A DNA stretch of 63,994 nt, counting the filler, from Catajapyx aquilonaris (Eukaryota): NCBI GenBank assembly GCA_000934665.2. It is 3 parts of 3 records of this genome, joined end to end, with 100 filler letters (N's around TTAATTAATTAA, not from the genome) between each part and the next. Parts side by side here need not be neighbours in the genome. Positions count along the whole stretch, not along the records: positions 1 to 21,424 come from JYFJ02006056.1; positions 21,525 to 43,031 come from KZ539468.1; 1 more part is not named here. One strand, written 5' to 3'. The position numbers and the translations under genes were made by a program. Below, piece after piece: positions 12,501 through 24,362 of the stretch (positions are counted from its first letter, which is position 1; each line of letters opens with the position of its first letter). The notes beneath the pieces are model-generated. The model was not told the DNA's origin. It was given only the letters and a program-made list of their open reading frames with translations, and searched no databases.

Positions 12501-13904
12501 TGGAAGGGATGGAGTGATATCCCACAATAAGTTCTCTCAGTTGAACATGCCATGTGAGAGTTGGCTATGCTTAGGCATTGCCCATATTGCCTGGTGGGAA
12601 TTACCTAAGCCGCAAAACATTAACGGCCAAAAACATATCATGTAGAACAAGAGAACAAGAGCATTATTGGGTTTGAATATTGTAGTGCTCTGACCACGTA
12701 CAAGTTGATTCTTGGGAACGGGGTTGGTGGTTGTGGTGGGGGAACAGGTGAAATAATCGCTTACTGATCGCTCTCTATGAGCTACCACCTCTCTCTTACC
12801 AGACTGAACTCCAACCAGTATATTGCTAGGGAACGCCACAATACACCCATTGCAGCGCAGGTTCAATATGCCCAATGTTGCCCACTCATTCTAAGGTTAT
12901 CACCATGATTTCTGGCTGTCGCTGCACAGATATTCCAGGTACCCCACCACCACAAAATGGTGACCTCCCAGCTGCCGAGTTGGCCTTCATCCGTAGTCCA
13001 CATGGCCTGGGGGTCCCATTGTGAGACATCTACCTTCCACATGAGAATGTGGTTGGTCATCTCGGGTAGTAGCCGCACCTGCATTTTAAAGCCAAGTAGT
13101 CAGAATGGTTTCAAATAATGAATAATTATTTGGGGCAGCCAAAGAAATTTTTTAAGGAGAGACTGTAGTAGGGGATAACACCACTTACATGGGGGGGGGG
13201 GGGGGGGAAGTTTCAAGGCTCCCCTGTTAGACTTCTTGTCAGCGTCAGTAGTGTCCAATCCTAGGTATCCACCTACCGTGAAGGCGTTCANCCCCCCCCT
13301 GTGGGGATCGAACAGTCACCCCCTCGTGGGTAGACGTAACAGTGCTTCCAAGCCAGCCACAAGAGCTCCTGTTGTTGTGATGGAGCTTCTGCGGATCTGG
13401 ACAATCAAACCCTGGTCGATTCCTCTGAATGTGTGGGATGCACGCAGACTTTCCAGTGTAACGTATGCTCCTTAAAATCGGTGCAGCTGTTCAAAAGGAG
13501 AAAAATAAAATAAAATAAGGACTAAAAATTTCAACGGAACAGTAATGGTGCATTCTCCTGACCCAATCTGGGTTCTCAACAGGTCCTAGGATGTTTGTCC
13601 CCACCGACTCTTGATGTGGTGAGTTTTCCAATGAAGATTCAGTGAGCGAGAGTACCTTAACCCGTAATTGGGCAAGGTCAGAAGAATCGAATGGAAAAAT
13701 TATATTTCGCATTTCCCCACATAATATTGCCCAGTACTTAACAAATACACTTGTTCAAAAAAATTACAAGCATTACTCAAGGAGTTAGAGACCGTGTCTC
13801 CGGAGATACATTGCCCGTTTTGGGAGTACATTTCTGTCCATCACAGGCTACATCGCTTGTCAGAAAGAAAGAATACAATGCATCCATTTCCAATGTCACA
13901 TCAT

Positions 13905-14038
13905 TTATTGTGCTGTATGGTAGTCCGTAAAACAGTTTCTGGCTTTCCCCCCCGTGACAATGCATAATTGCAGCTTGCATTTGATGCATGAAATTACCGT
14001 TTGCCCCTTGGCACATAACTTGCATCGTCCCTTATCAC
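13905..14038 (-). pseudogene. piggyBac transposase C-terminal cysteine-rich domain (detached)
   Basis: Manual translation DKGRCKLCAKGQTVISCIKCKLQLCIVTGGKARNCFTDYHTAQ* fits the piggyBac CRD pattern (RC..C...T...C.KC...LC......CF..YH). Confidence 0.85.
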
Positions 14039-15149
14039 TGTCCGACCTAGGCAGGTACGGGTCCGAATATAAGTTGGAGGGTATGTTGGTTCGGGTATGG
14101 TGACATTAGAATGTCAATGACAGTTTCTATTAATGTTTGTTTATTATACGTAATGACTTTACACTTCCATCTACGAGTACGTCTTTGCTTCATGTTACAG
14201 TTTACATGTAAATAATAGCATTTTCTCTCTATCCCCCAAAATCACATAATTTGCGATTGAAAATTCTTACCTGAATGTCGGTATGTGCAGTCGGTTGTCT
14301 CTCTCTCCCTTCTTCTACTACTCTCATTTAATCATGGTGCTGCTTTTATAGTGCCCGGTTTGTGGGTGGGGTTTACATCACGTGTGTTAATTCGGAGGTT
14401 TTTCTATGACTTGGAACTGCACCCTTCATCATAGAGACATGCGTATTCTCTGCTCCTGAACTCTAATGATGCTTTTGAATAGTTTCTAGTACTTGGAATT
14501 CTACAGATTTGCTTTACTCACGTTATGCAGTTCCATACAATTTTGTTTTAATAGGCAGAGTTGCTTTATAATACTCCAAGTGTATATCAAATGCTATTTT
14601 ATATTGTAGTTTAATCTTGTATATGTTACTTGTTATGCCGTATGCGGCATGACAAATATCCGCCCACAACGGCAAAGAATTTTCAATCGCTATCTTGCAA
14701 GTGTTAGCAATATGGCACTCATCACACTTATATGTCACACTTATCACACTTAATACACGTAATACATTCAAATATACGATACATATCATTGTAGCACAAT
14801 TTCTTTTTTACAAATATTTTAAACAATTAGCAATCTATGGGCTCATCAACGCTTAACAATTCAAACTTCCTTTACATTAAACACTTACGTCACTTGACTT
14901 GAACTTGAACTGTTACAATTGTTTGTCACCTGAACAATCACTGAAATCCTTTGTATCTGAATATACCGACGTTGCTATAATATACTGACACATATATAGT
15001 AGTCACAAGAACTATGCAAATGGGCACTGACACTGAGTTGTCACTGTGTTGTCACTTTGTTATCACTAAACGCACTTGGTACACTACTGGATGGGCTGGA
15101 TACGGTACTGTTGATGCTGAAGTGTGTTATGTTATACAATCACGACCTA

Positions 15150-15536
15150 TTACCGGGTTGGGGAAATCTGTATTGAGTCCGCATACAAGATTCCCGGACA
15201 GTTTACACGTTGGCAATATGCATAAAATTCTCTGAAGTCTGCGAAACAATGAAACCGACCTATATCATGGTGACGAATATGTAGGTCGTTGTTGGTCCAA
15301 CCTCTTCCATCTATGTTGAAATGATGTAGCATGGCTTGTCGGACTCCATCCATCTGATAATGTCGTGGTCCTGGGCGATGATCGCTGTCGTAATACGGAA
15401 TTGGTGGTCCAGGTGTTCTTCTTGTCTCTGTAGTCTGGATCCCCACGTCTGTCAGCGACGTCCGTGATCTGCTTCGTAGACGTGCTACCAGCCAGGTTAC
15501 TGTCCATACCAACACTATAGTTAGCTCCCACATCAT
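15150..15536 (-). CDS. Hypothetical 128-aa protein with N-terminal hydrophobic anchor, inside the retroelement
   Basis: Open frame from ATG 15536: MMWELTIVLVWTVTWLVARLRSRSR..., with a His/Cys-rich C-terminus. Same strand as gag. No family recognised. Confidence 0.35.
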   Translation of the reverse strand: MMWELTIVLVWTVTWLVARLRSRSRTSLTDVGIQTTETRRTPGPPIPYYDSDHRPGPRHYQMDGVRQAMLHHFNIDGRGWTNNDLHIRHHDIGRFHCFADFREFYAYCQRVNCPGILYADSIQISPTR

Positions 15537-15879
15537 GCTCTTTTGCACCGGCACTTTTTAGTTACTGTTACAGTGTGGTACCAGAAGGAGAATGAGCCTT
15601 TATGTGCACGCAGCAAAAGAGACCATCTCCCTTCTTTCGTTAGTGTTGTGCTGACACATTAAGGGATAATTTCCATCTTAGTGATTTTGTATATACTCTC
15701 TAGTGTAGGGTGGCATGTTTATGACTGTTTACTTTAGTCCTAATGGACCAATTTGAGTCCTCTCTCTCACACACACACACAAAACTAACACCAATAAATA
15801 ACTTGTGAGAATCTTTTCTCAGCGTTCCATCGATATATTTTTTTCTGCAAGTGCAAGTGACATCGCTTATTTCCTTGTG

Positions 15880-16770
15880 CTACATTTCCATTGTACCGGT
15901 ATTTCTGGGGGCCATGGGGTAGTTTCCCCGATTTCCTGGATTATAACGCATGCCTCTGTTTTGGCCACCTGTTGATTCATAACCCATGCGTCCCTTTTCA
16001 GATGTACGGTTGGGCGGTCGATAATTCTGTTGATTCTGCGCTAAAGGCATAAAGAGACGGGTCCATACTCCCTGCGCCCTAGGTGATGTGCAATCGCGAT
16101 CCCAATGCTCTCCCCCGCAATATCTGCAATTGCGAGGAGGTAAAACTCTCGCTTGTGCTCCTGATGGCACCATCGGGCCGCGCATAGCCCTATTCTTATT
16201 CCAGCAACTATTGGCATAATGAGGTCCACCACAAATAAAACAAGGACCCGGGGCTCGATATCTATTGACTCTACAATCCCTAGCGAAATGACATTGACCC
16301 TGGCAATTATAACAGGTCACATTTCTACGAGGTTGCATCATCGGTATTCTATCCTCTGTAGCTTCTTTCGGAACCTGACTTTTTGTCTCAATTGCTTGTT
16401 GACATTGCTTCATTTGTTCGTTTAAAGCTGCTAATTTGTTATTTAGGGTTTCCATCGGATCGTCGTCCTTGTCAACGCTGAATACCGCGCTTCTATTGCC
16501 TCTTGTTTTATAATAAGTGCCTTTCTCCCTCCGCTCTTCGTCTACTGCTATTACCAAAGCTTCTTCTATTGTGTTCGGTTTAAGTATAGACATATTCTTA
16601 TTTATGCCATCTGAATATAGTCCTGTGATGAATTGGGATAATACTAGCCGATCTATTGCTTCTAAATCTTCCGGAGCGTCAACGGAATGTATCATCTGAA
16701 AACGCACTGTCCTTAGGCGTGTTATAAAGTCCTGTACCCCTTCCTTAGCTTCTTGAATTACATTTCTAAT
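15880..16770 (-). CDS. Retrotransposon Gag (5'-truncated) with three CCHC zinc knuckles
   Basis: QEAKEGVQDFITRLR...SQFITGL (capsid motif), knuckles CYNCQGQCHFARDC, CFICGGPHYANSC and CRYCGGEHWDRDC, stop at 15880. Confidence 0.85.
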   Translation of the reverse strand: MRNVIQEAKEGVQDFITRLRTVRFQMIHSVDAPEDLEAIDRLVLSQFITGLYSDGINKNMSILKPNTIEEALVIAVDEERREKGTYYKTRGNRSAVFSVDKDDDPMETLNNKLAALNEQMKQCQQAIETKSQVPKEATEDRIPMMQPRRNVTCYNCQGQCHFARDCRVNRYRAPGPCFICGGPHYANSCWNKNRAMRGPMVPSGAQARVLPPRNCRYCGGEHWDRDCTSPRAQGVWTRLFMPLAQNQQNYRPPNRTSEKGRMGYESTGGQNRGMRYNPGNRGNYPMAPRNTGTMEM

Positions 16771-16816
16771 GTGCCCTAGGCTTCTTGATTTTCTTCGCAG
16801 GGGGGTGTACGCTCGC

Positions 16817-18478
16817 TTAGGATGGCCTTCCTCTCTTGAGTTCCTGATAGTGAATTAGGCTACGTGCAACTTCCATTCTGAATGATTTCAGTCGGTCATA
16901 AGATTTCCTTCCAAAAGCTTCGTTATGTCGTCGGTACAAAAGCCACCCATTGTTCACAGCAATATCAAGCATTTGGGCAAATATTCCCAAATACCATCGT
17001 TTTGATTTCAGTGGGGTGCGATATAAAGCAATTAGCATGTCAGACAAGTCCACAGCCCCCATATGTTTGTTGTACTGTAGGACAATCTGTGGACAGGGAA
17101 CTTGGATGACCTTTTTCTCTTTTTTGGCGTACCTGTCCACCTCCCCGACTGGGTCATGAGACACAAACGAGCTCACCAGTGTGACCACTTTGGTGTCAGT
17201 CCATTTCACAACGGACAAATGTGCAGCATTGTCTACTTGGTAATCAAACTGGCCACGACCTTTCTTCTGGAGAGCATTATCACTCACCATTGGTGATCCC
17301 CTCAAACGATTACTGCGAACAGTCCCCAGACTCCTGATCCCATAAACCTTTATGAGTCGTTCTATCAGTTCCAGTGAGGAAAAATAATTATCAAAGAACA
17401 CATCAGCCCCCAGAGGTTTGTGAAGAGATTGGCACAAGTGTAACACAACCTTTTCACCAATCCCCAAGTCTTCCTCACCATCAGGAAAGACTACGTCTAC
17501 AAATGTTGAAGTACCACAGTACATGAAAAAGTCGTTGACAAATCCTGACACTCCGGACCTCACAAACAATTTGAAACCCCACTTTTTAGGTTTTTTGGGC
17601 AAGTATTGCCTCAGCTTTTCAGCACGCTTACCCTTGTACGGAATCATCATTTCATCTATTGCGAAGAAATTTTCACTTTCAACTGCTCGGCACTTATCCC
17701 GTACGTAGTTCATGAGTGGACGAACTTTGAAGAGGCGATCTTCGCTTGTAGGCAAAGAATTGTCCTGGAAGTGCAGAAGGCGACGCAATTTTTTGAACCT
17801 CTTCACAGGCATGATGTGGGCAATTGGGGTGTATCTTGTGGTTATAGCCCAATAATCTTCAAAGGAAGGCATTTTTACAACCCCCATCATCAACAAAATT
17901 CCAATGAATGCTTTCACTTCTTTGGTATTGGTGTTGATAGAGATCCCAGTGGTTTTCACAGAGTAGAGATTTCTCTGATTGACAATATCTGTAATCAAGT
18001 CATCTCCGAAGAACTTTTGAAAGTAATTCAAGGGTGTGTCAACATCTTCTGGTGCCGAAAATACCGCTTCATCCGGAATGGAAATGTGGTGGAAATCGGG
18101 TTTTGACCAGCTGGGGGAGAAATTATATTTATGTATAATTCTCTACGTGTGGTATTGAAAGTGACATGGCCTACAGTCTGCAAATTACCTGAAATGCCCT
18201 CCTTTTTTGGTGCCTTTTGCGGTTTTCCGAAGTGCATTTTGTACAGTGGCTAACGGCACATCATCTTCCGAGTCAGAGTCGCTGCTGGACACGGCTTGCA
18301 CACCTCGATACAAAGCAGGAGGACCAGGCGACTGGTGCTCACGTGGTTCCTAGTCAACTTCGTCATCAGACGACGAGTCACCACCATCAGATTCGTTGGG
18401 ATTGATTGGTGGGAGGAGGGTGTAACTAGTGGCGGCATGTCTGCCATAAAAAGTACTTGTTGAAAAGGACAGGGCTAA
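16817..18478 (-). pseudogene. piggyBac-family (PGBD2/3-like) DDD transposase
   Basis: 404-aa ORF 16817-18031 with AIDEMMIPYKG, PKKPKKWGFK, FFDNYFSS, GTVRSNR and YNKHMGAVDLSD. The acidic N-terminus (STFYGRH...ESDGGDSSSDDEVD*) is disrupted, and there is a premature stop at 16817. Confidence 0.9.
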
Positions 18479-19899
18479 CTGAAAAAGAACATCATAGACA
18501 CCTTCACTCAGTGAACCCAATGGGCATGCATTTATTCCGTTTCAGGGCAATGGATCTCCCAAGATACGTAGACTAAGCTGACACTAATCTCTCCCTACAA
18601 GATCATTTATGGCAAGTGACTGCTTTCCAGACACTGTACCACACCTTGGCAATGACACTTTGGAGTTGCTGCCGTATTTCCGTGTCAATAGCAATATACA
18701 CAATTATTTTAGCGTACCTGTTCGCCTCTGCCTCCACTCGTGCTCGCAGCCATGTTGGATCACAGTAAATTTCACCAAGTTAAATTTTTGCACAACATAT
18801 GGCGCAGTAGTACCCAATGGAGAAAACCCGTATCTCCCGAGATGCACTGCCTAGAATGGCCCCGAGTGCGCAGGATGTGTGTGGAAAATTTGCCCACCAG
18901 ATGTATCCAGTGAGATACACTGGACGATTAAGGGTTAAGGCGGCTGCGGATTCGATACCTAGAAGGGAGGTTCGTCATGTGTGACTGTGCAGAGGGTGCC
19001 AGATGACCGCCACTCCTTGACCATGCTGAACAGCTCCCTTCTGACTGTGGCAAGCAGCGGACAAACAACCAAAATGTCATAAGCCCCCTGTGGCCTCTTG
19101 CCAAAGTTGTGATGTGAGCGATGCAGGATGGAAAGAGTAGTCGACAAATTGTTTTTCTTTCAAAAACCAAATTATTATTGAATCCAAATTATTACCACAA
19201 TTACAGCAACTCTCCAATCAATACAATTACACTTGTGATTTTCTCAACCAACCACCGCTTACAATACACTAATTTTCCTGACGGCCAACAACCGTCTGAG
19301 GCAGCCCACTTCAGCAGGAAGGCAGTCCGCACACAACTTCAGCCTCAGTTAGGTCAGGGTGGTCAACCATGGTGGCGTGGTCCCTCTCACTTCCGTCCGC
19401 CATCTTGTGGGGGAAGTTCAGCCATCTTGGAACCGGGTCGGCCATCTTGAAATCTTCTCAACCGACGCGTGGATGAGTGGGAGGGTACTACATGAATTCC
19501 TCCGGTGTGACTGGATCACCCAAACCTATGCAAGCCACATCGGCACCCACTGAATTTTCAACCTGTAACCTCACTTTTGTGTACAAAAAAAAACTACTCA
19601 AAATAACTCCCGAAATTTCCACCCAACTGACCGTTACACAGACTCAACCCGCATGGGACCCACACACACTGCTTCTACCCACCCGAAGCTGTTCAACACA
19701 CAAAACTGGACTCTACATTGATCACCCAAAATTGCAGTTCCGACTGCCAAAATTGCGCACACACAGCCCGGCGGCTATCCCCAATTACTTCGCGACCATG
19801 CTGACCCACTAGTCTGACTTAAGTGCACTCGTCGCACACAAAAAGCTAACAGCCTTTGTCTTCACATGTCGGAGAGCAAAACCGACACGACCACCTAGC

Positions 19900-21424
19900 T
19901 CGAGGAGCACCAGACAAAGACCCCGAAAATAGCGTCTCCTGCCCCGAAGTGAAGCCACACGATACTATCATCCTCTATCCAAAATCATTTCCAGTACCCA
20001 AAACTAAATTCCTATTGGTCAATTCAAAATGCCGCAAGATTTACACGTCACTGATTGGACAACTACATCAGCATGTATGACATAGCACAAAGCCAGGAGC
20101 CCCCAGCTCCGACTCCACACCTCCTCATTCAAGAAGGAACGCCTCCAACACGAGGTCTCACTTTCTGACGTCACTTGACCTTAACCGTAGTCCTACCATA
20201 GAGCAACCACGGGCGGGCATAAGACCCCGGGAGAGGCTACTCCCTACATAAAACAAGACAATGGATTTGAAAGATGCCGCATCAGCTAATAAAGCACAAA
20301 CAACTGCAGGGAAATTCCCCGCTCACATTGCTGACGTAAACTTGCGCAACATTGCGCCACATTGCATCATGATGGCAAACTGAACACTGATTTCACCATT
20401 GCTTCAACTTATTTAAAAAAAAAAAAAGACTCAAAAATGGACATTGACATCCACTCCCCACTACCGTTTCAAAGATTTAAGTTGAAGTGCAGCTTAAATC
20501 TTTGACACAATTGTCAAAACCCATCCAAAAGTTCAGAATATAACCTAGTTGAATGCATCACAACATTCTCCCACTTCATATTATACAGTTTACACAAGGA
20601 ACAACCTTGAGGGCGTGTCGGGTTTCTGGCCACGAACACAAAAAAAAACAAAGGGAAATTCTTGGTGGCTCTTCCCTAGCCGAAATGCTTAAATCAGTTA
20701 TCCCCAGCAGCACGCTACTGGAGCAAACCGAGCCCAACCCCAATCTCCAAAAAAAAATCAAGAAAAACAAATCCCACCCGTTGTGACTCACCAGCCGATT
20801 ATCCAAATTCCCCATGGTAGAATGAGTACCAAAATTTTGGCACCCAATTCATCAAAAATTTATCCCCCACTCCAGATCCTCGAGTAATCCATGACTTCTG
20901 GGATTACGGGAGTCTGTGGAGCGACGGCTAATGAGCCTGCCTACTGAGGCTTGAATTCACTATTAGTTTCTACTATGGCCTGCAACTGTGCTCACAGACC
21001 AACAATTACCAACTCCAGTTGCTGCACAGAGCAACATTCGATCTATTAGCAAAGCCTATTTATGACAAGTGTGTCGTTGGCAAATCTCAGCATACATCAA
21101 TGCGCAGTTCACAGAGGATTCAATGTACACCATATACTGAGACCGCCAAATTACATTACCCCAACAATTGCACATCATCACCTTGAAACAAAGCAGGTGT
21201 AAGTAACCAATCCATAGAACTGCAATGACTCCAATGTAACCAGGATAACTCCACTACTGAGGATCATGAACAGTCGGCCACTGGACACCACCTCGGCACC
21301 CAACCGACCCCGAACAAGTCACCTCCGAAACCCTGGCACATGTTACCAAAAACAATCCCAAAGTAACATTGGAACACACAAAATCACTTGACCAGTGAAA
21401 TCTCTCGAGAGTTCATTCACCTCA
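19900..21424 (+). mobile_element. Heavily decayed gypsy-like integrase C-terminus and possible env remnant
   Basis: VKPHDTIILYPKSFP...KFLL resembles the integrase GPY/F region. HGRMSTKILAP and scattered Cys pieces (CNCAH, DKCV, QCT, PNNCT) occur in broken frames. Many stops. Confidence 0.25.
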
Positions 21425-21524
21425 NNNNNNNNNNNNNNNNNNNNNNNNNNNNNNNNNNNNNNNNNNNNTTAATTAATTAANNNNNNNNNNNNNNNNNNNN
21501 NNNNNNNNNNNNNNNNNNNNNNNN
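21425..21524. other. Assembly gap with artificial TTAATTAATTAA linker
   Basis: N-run, ttaattaattaa (stops in all six frames), N-run. Confidence 0.95.
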
Positions 21525-22289
21525 TTCATTTTCATGGGGGCACTCCTATTACTTTAATAGGAGTGGATGATGGTGCAGTTGCTGCGTATGTACTGGTCAT
21601 GTGGTGCATACGTAGCAACTCCGAAGTACTTGTTTTGATTTTTTCTTTCCTTTTTTTATCCTTTTTTAAATGATTGATTTTGTAAAGTACGATTTTGTTG
21701 TCATTTTGGTGTGCAGCAGGCATTGCGTTTTTTCTGTGGGTGTATCCTGACATTTTTAAATTTCTTTCAATTATGTAGTGTGCTTTGTGGTGTTGATGTT
21801 GGGTATCCTTTTCCTTCCTACTCTTTCCCCTTTGTTGCGCCGCAGTTCACAGGCAGTTATTGGTGGGTGAACTGTGCGTGAGTGTCATACAGTGACTTGA
21901 AGAGACGTGCTGATGGGGCTTATTGGCGGACTACTTGTGCTGCCGTGCTGCCCGGATGCTGTGCTTGTCCAGGTGATCTTCGTACGGTCCAGAAGAGGTG
22001 GATGCGTGACATCTGCTGCCAGCTGACCACGGGTCCTTTAAGAGGACCAGCGATTATTGGAGTGAAGAGGAATCATGGCGAGACGATGTGTCGGCAATAG
22101 CTGTGCCCTGTCCGGAGGTCGGCGAGCTGCTTGAGTGGACTGGACAGCAAAAGATCCGAAGCTGTCATCGGCCGTGGACACCGTTTTTTGTTGCTGTGTT
22201 GGACACTGATATCATGAAATATGGTGTTTCCCATTTTAAACCCCTCCCTGCCCTCATATATGTCGCTTGTTTTTTAAAAGGGGAGGATG

Positions 22290-22542
22290 TGTGACGTCCC
22301 ACTCACCAGGGGGCTGGGCTGACCCAGTTCTTCCCCCCCCTGGTGGGTGGGGCCCTTAGAAGGAGCCCTCCGCTCCTTCCCTCTTTTTCCCCTGCCCACC
22401 CTTCACACACACTGTTTGCCTTACCACGAGATACTTGTATTCCAGGCCCTTTTGGGTCAACACCTAATAAACACCTGTGTGATTCGAACCGACGGAGTCT
22501 CATTTGAGTAGCCTGGGCGACGACGGTGCCTTAACCGTTACA
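22290..22542 (+). mobile_element. 3' LTR of an LTR retrotransposon, preceded by a polypurine tract
   Basis: PPT aaaaggggagga (about 22276-22287), termini TGTGACG...CGTTACA, AATAAA at about 22466. Confidence 0.75.
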
Positions 22543-24061
22543 AGTGTTTATATTCAAGGTTGAGCACCATATATGTGCGTCATTCATGCATTGCTTTAAG
22601 GAAGCCTTTTGAAAAGAGCATTCCTCTCAGAGTATCTGATTACAGACATACCGGTACTTTACTGGACGTATATAAAACGCTGTGACTATCTATTTTACTG
22701 TAGATAATTTTTATAACTTGCGTAATGACAAGATTACTTACATATGACTTGCTATCGCTTTCTGATCTCTGATAGATCCTGATTTCATTGATGGCAGGTC
22801 AAACACAGTTACAATCTTTTATAATTATCCACAACAGTAAAATCAACAAAAGGAACGTGACTCGTCCATACCTTTTCCGATATTGGCTCGTGCCGGTATT
22901 ATTTTTTGGCTCTGAAATAACGAGTGCAGAGAAGATAGCCTTATGATTCAACTAATATTTGCAGAAACTGTGACCGGACTGAAAAAATTATTGCAGTGCA
23001 ATTACCTGTTGCAGAAGCTCTGGAAAGTTCCTTGGCTATCTACCGATAAAGCCTGCTAAAGGTCAAGAGGTCACATCAGAAGTTTTGACTTTCGTCTCAC
23101 AAAGGCCACTTTATAAAGTGATTATCTATATGCTATTTGACTACGGAGAAGGGTGGTGGCGGAAGAGTAGGGAGAAAGGCAGGAGGTGTGAGGGAAGAAC
23201 CGAATTCCCATTTTCATTCTATTCCCCCAATCAACTCAGGTGTAGGAAAGATTTGGATGACGTCATTCGAAGAAGGAACTGACCTCTTTGATAAATTCCT
23301 TATCATACTCCTCGGCAGATGATTGCGGGTTTTTTTTCTAGCTTTCTTTTTGGTAAGTGCTATAAAGAGCTAAAAATAGATGCTGACCTTGCCTCCTTGC
23401 TATTTTTATTCATTGTTACTTATTTGTTTGAGGGAGGTGTGGCCATTATTTTGGCGCCGCACTGGGAGAGTAATTTGATGGAAGCTCTTGGCTTCAGTCC
23501 TACCCTTCCATCATTGTTGTGGATGACGAACGAAATATTTGACGTTGAACAAATAAGTTCCACATTCCGGGCAATATGACCTTAATCCCACGCTGACCTC
23601 TTCTGAAAAATAATAGTAGTAAATATCCCCCAGATGGGGCTGAAAGTCTCCCAAAAATTTGCTACTTTGAAGGACTTTTTCCTCTTAATTTTTTCGTTGC
23701 TGCCCACATTTTCTGTGCAATGGAATGGCAGTTTTTCAGATATTTGCGGTATTTTTGTCGCTTCCATATATTCAGCAAAAATTATGTAACGTAAGCATGA
23801 TCACTGTGCACAAATATAAACTGCGGAATTACAAGACCTTTGACATTTTGGATTTTAAAAAAGACGTTGCACACACCAAATCGTAGTTTTCAGTTACTAT
23901 AGGAGTATAGGGAAATGCAATTCCGCTGCATTTGTCTGTAGGTCATATTATATGCGCACTGAAATATTAATCAATTTTAGTGGTTGGAATAATAAGCACA
24001 TTGTTCAATTTTTGCGTTTCAATTTTTAAAGCTATTCATAAAGTTCTGTCTTATCCTATAA

Positions 24062-24362
24062 CTAGCAGGTTACCCGGCGTTGCCCGGGTAAGTTATGGTG
24101 GTAGGCCTACAATGTAATGAGGGCATTACCATGGAAATCTATGAATATTGTTAAATAGGTAATTGCAATTGGTTAATTGGGAATATGCGTGTTATGGGTG
24201 TTAGGTACATTTTCGGAAGCTGAAACATGCGGCATTAAATTCCTTGAAAAATGTAACTCCCGATAAGCTAATTTAAGGCGGTGTAGGGGCCTTCCCCCGG
24301 ATTTCTATAAGGGACAAACAAACTGACAAATTGACAAACTTCCTTATTTATAGAGATAGAGA
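24062..24362 (-). mobile_element. Non-autonomous Helitron (Lep1-like)
   Basis: The minus strand begins TC (tctctatctctataaataag), has a (TTTG/TGTC)-type microsatellite, a subterminal hairpin cccgggcaacgccggg and a CTAG end. Inserted between A and T with no TSD. Confidence 0.8.

Larger units (their letters stand above)
14039..16775 (-). mobile_element. Pol-less LTR retroelement (gypsy-like gag, accessory ORF, 3' LTR)
   Basis: On the minus strand the element ends ...ggACA at 14039, directly against the piggyBac CRD. LTR-like TATAAAAG (about 14350-14343) and AATAAA (about 14145-14140). No protease, RT or integrase between gag and this end. The 5' LTR is absent. Confidence 0.65.
13661..18934 (-). 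mobile_element. piggyBac transposon (pseudogenised), interrupted by a retroelement
   Basis: TTAA at 18935-18938 next to the CCCTTAATCGTCCA terminus. Imperfect partner TTAA-CCCGTAATTGGGCA at 13657-13674. Subterminal gtgtctccggagatacat-like palindromes at about 13794, 18830 and 18901. Contains a DDD transposase. The left terminus is less certain. Confidence 0.75.

Noticed and set aside
16707..16817. In-frame piggyBac-Gag fusion protein
   Set aside because: The transposase frame stops at 16817 and again at about 16768, and gag is in a different frame.
21469..21480. TTAATTAATTAA as a piggyBac target or biological motif
   Set aside because: Embedded in Ns and repeated at about 43076; an assembly linker.
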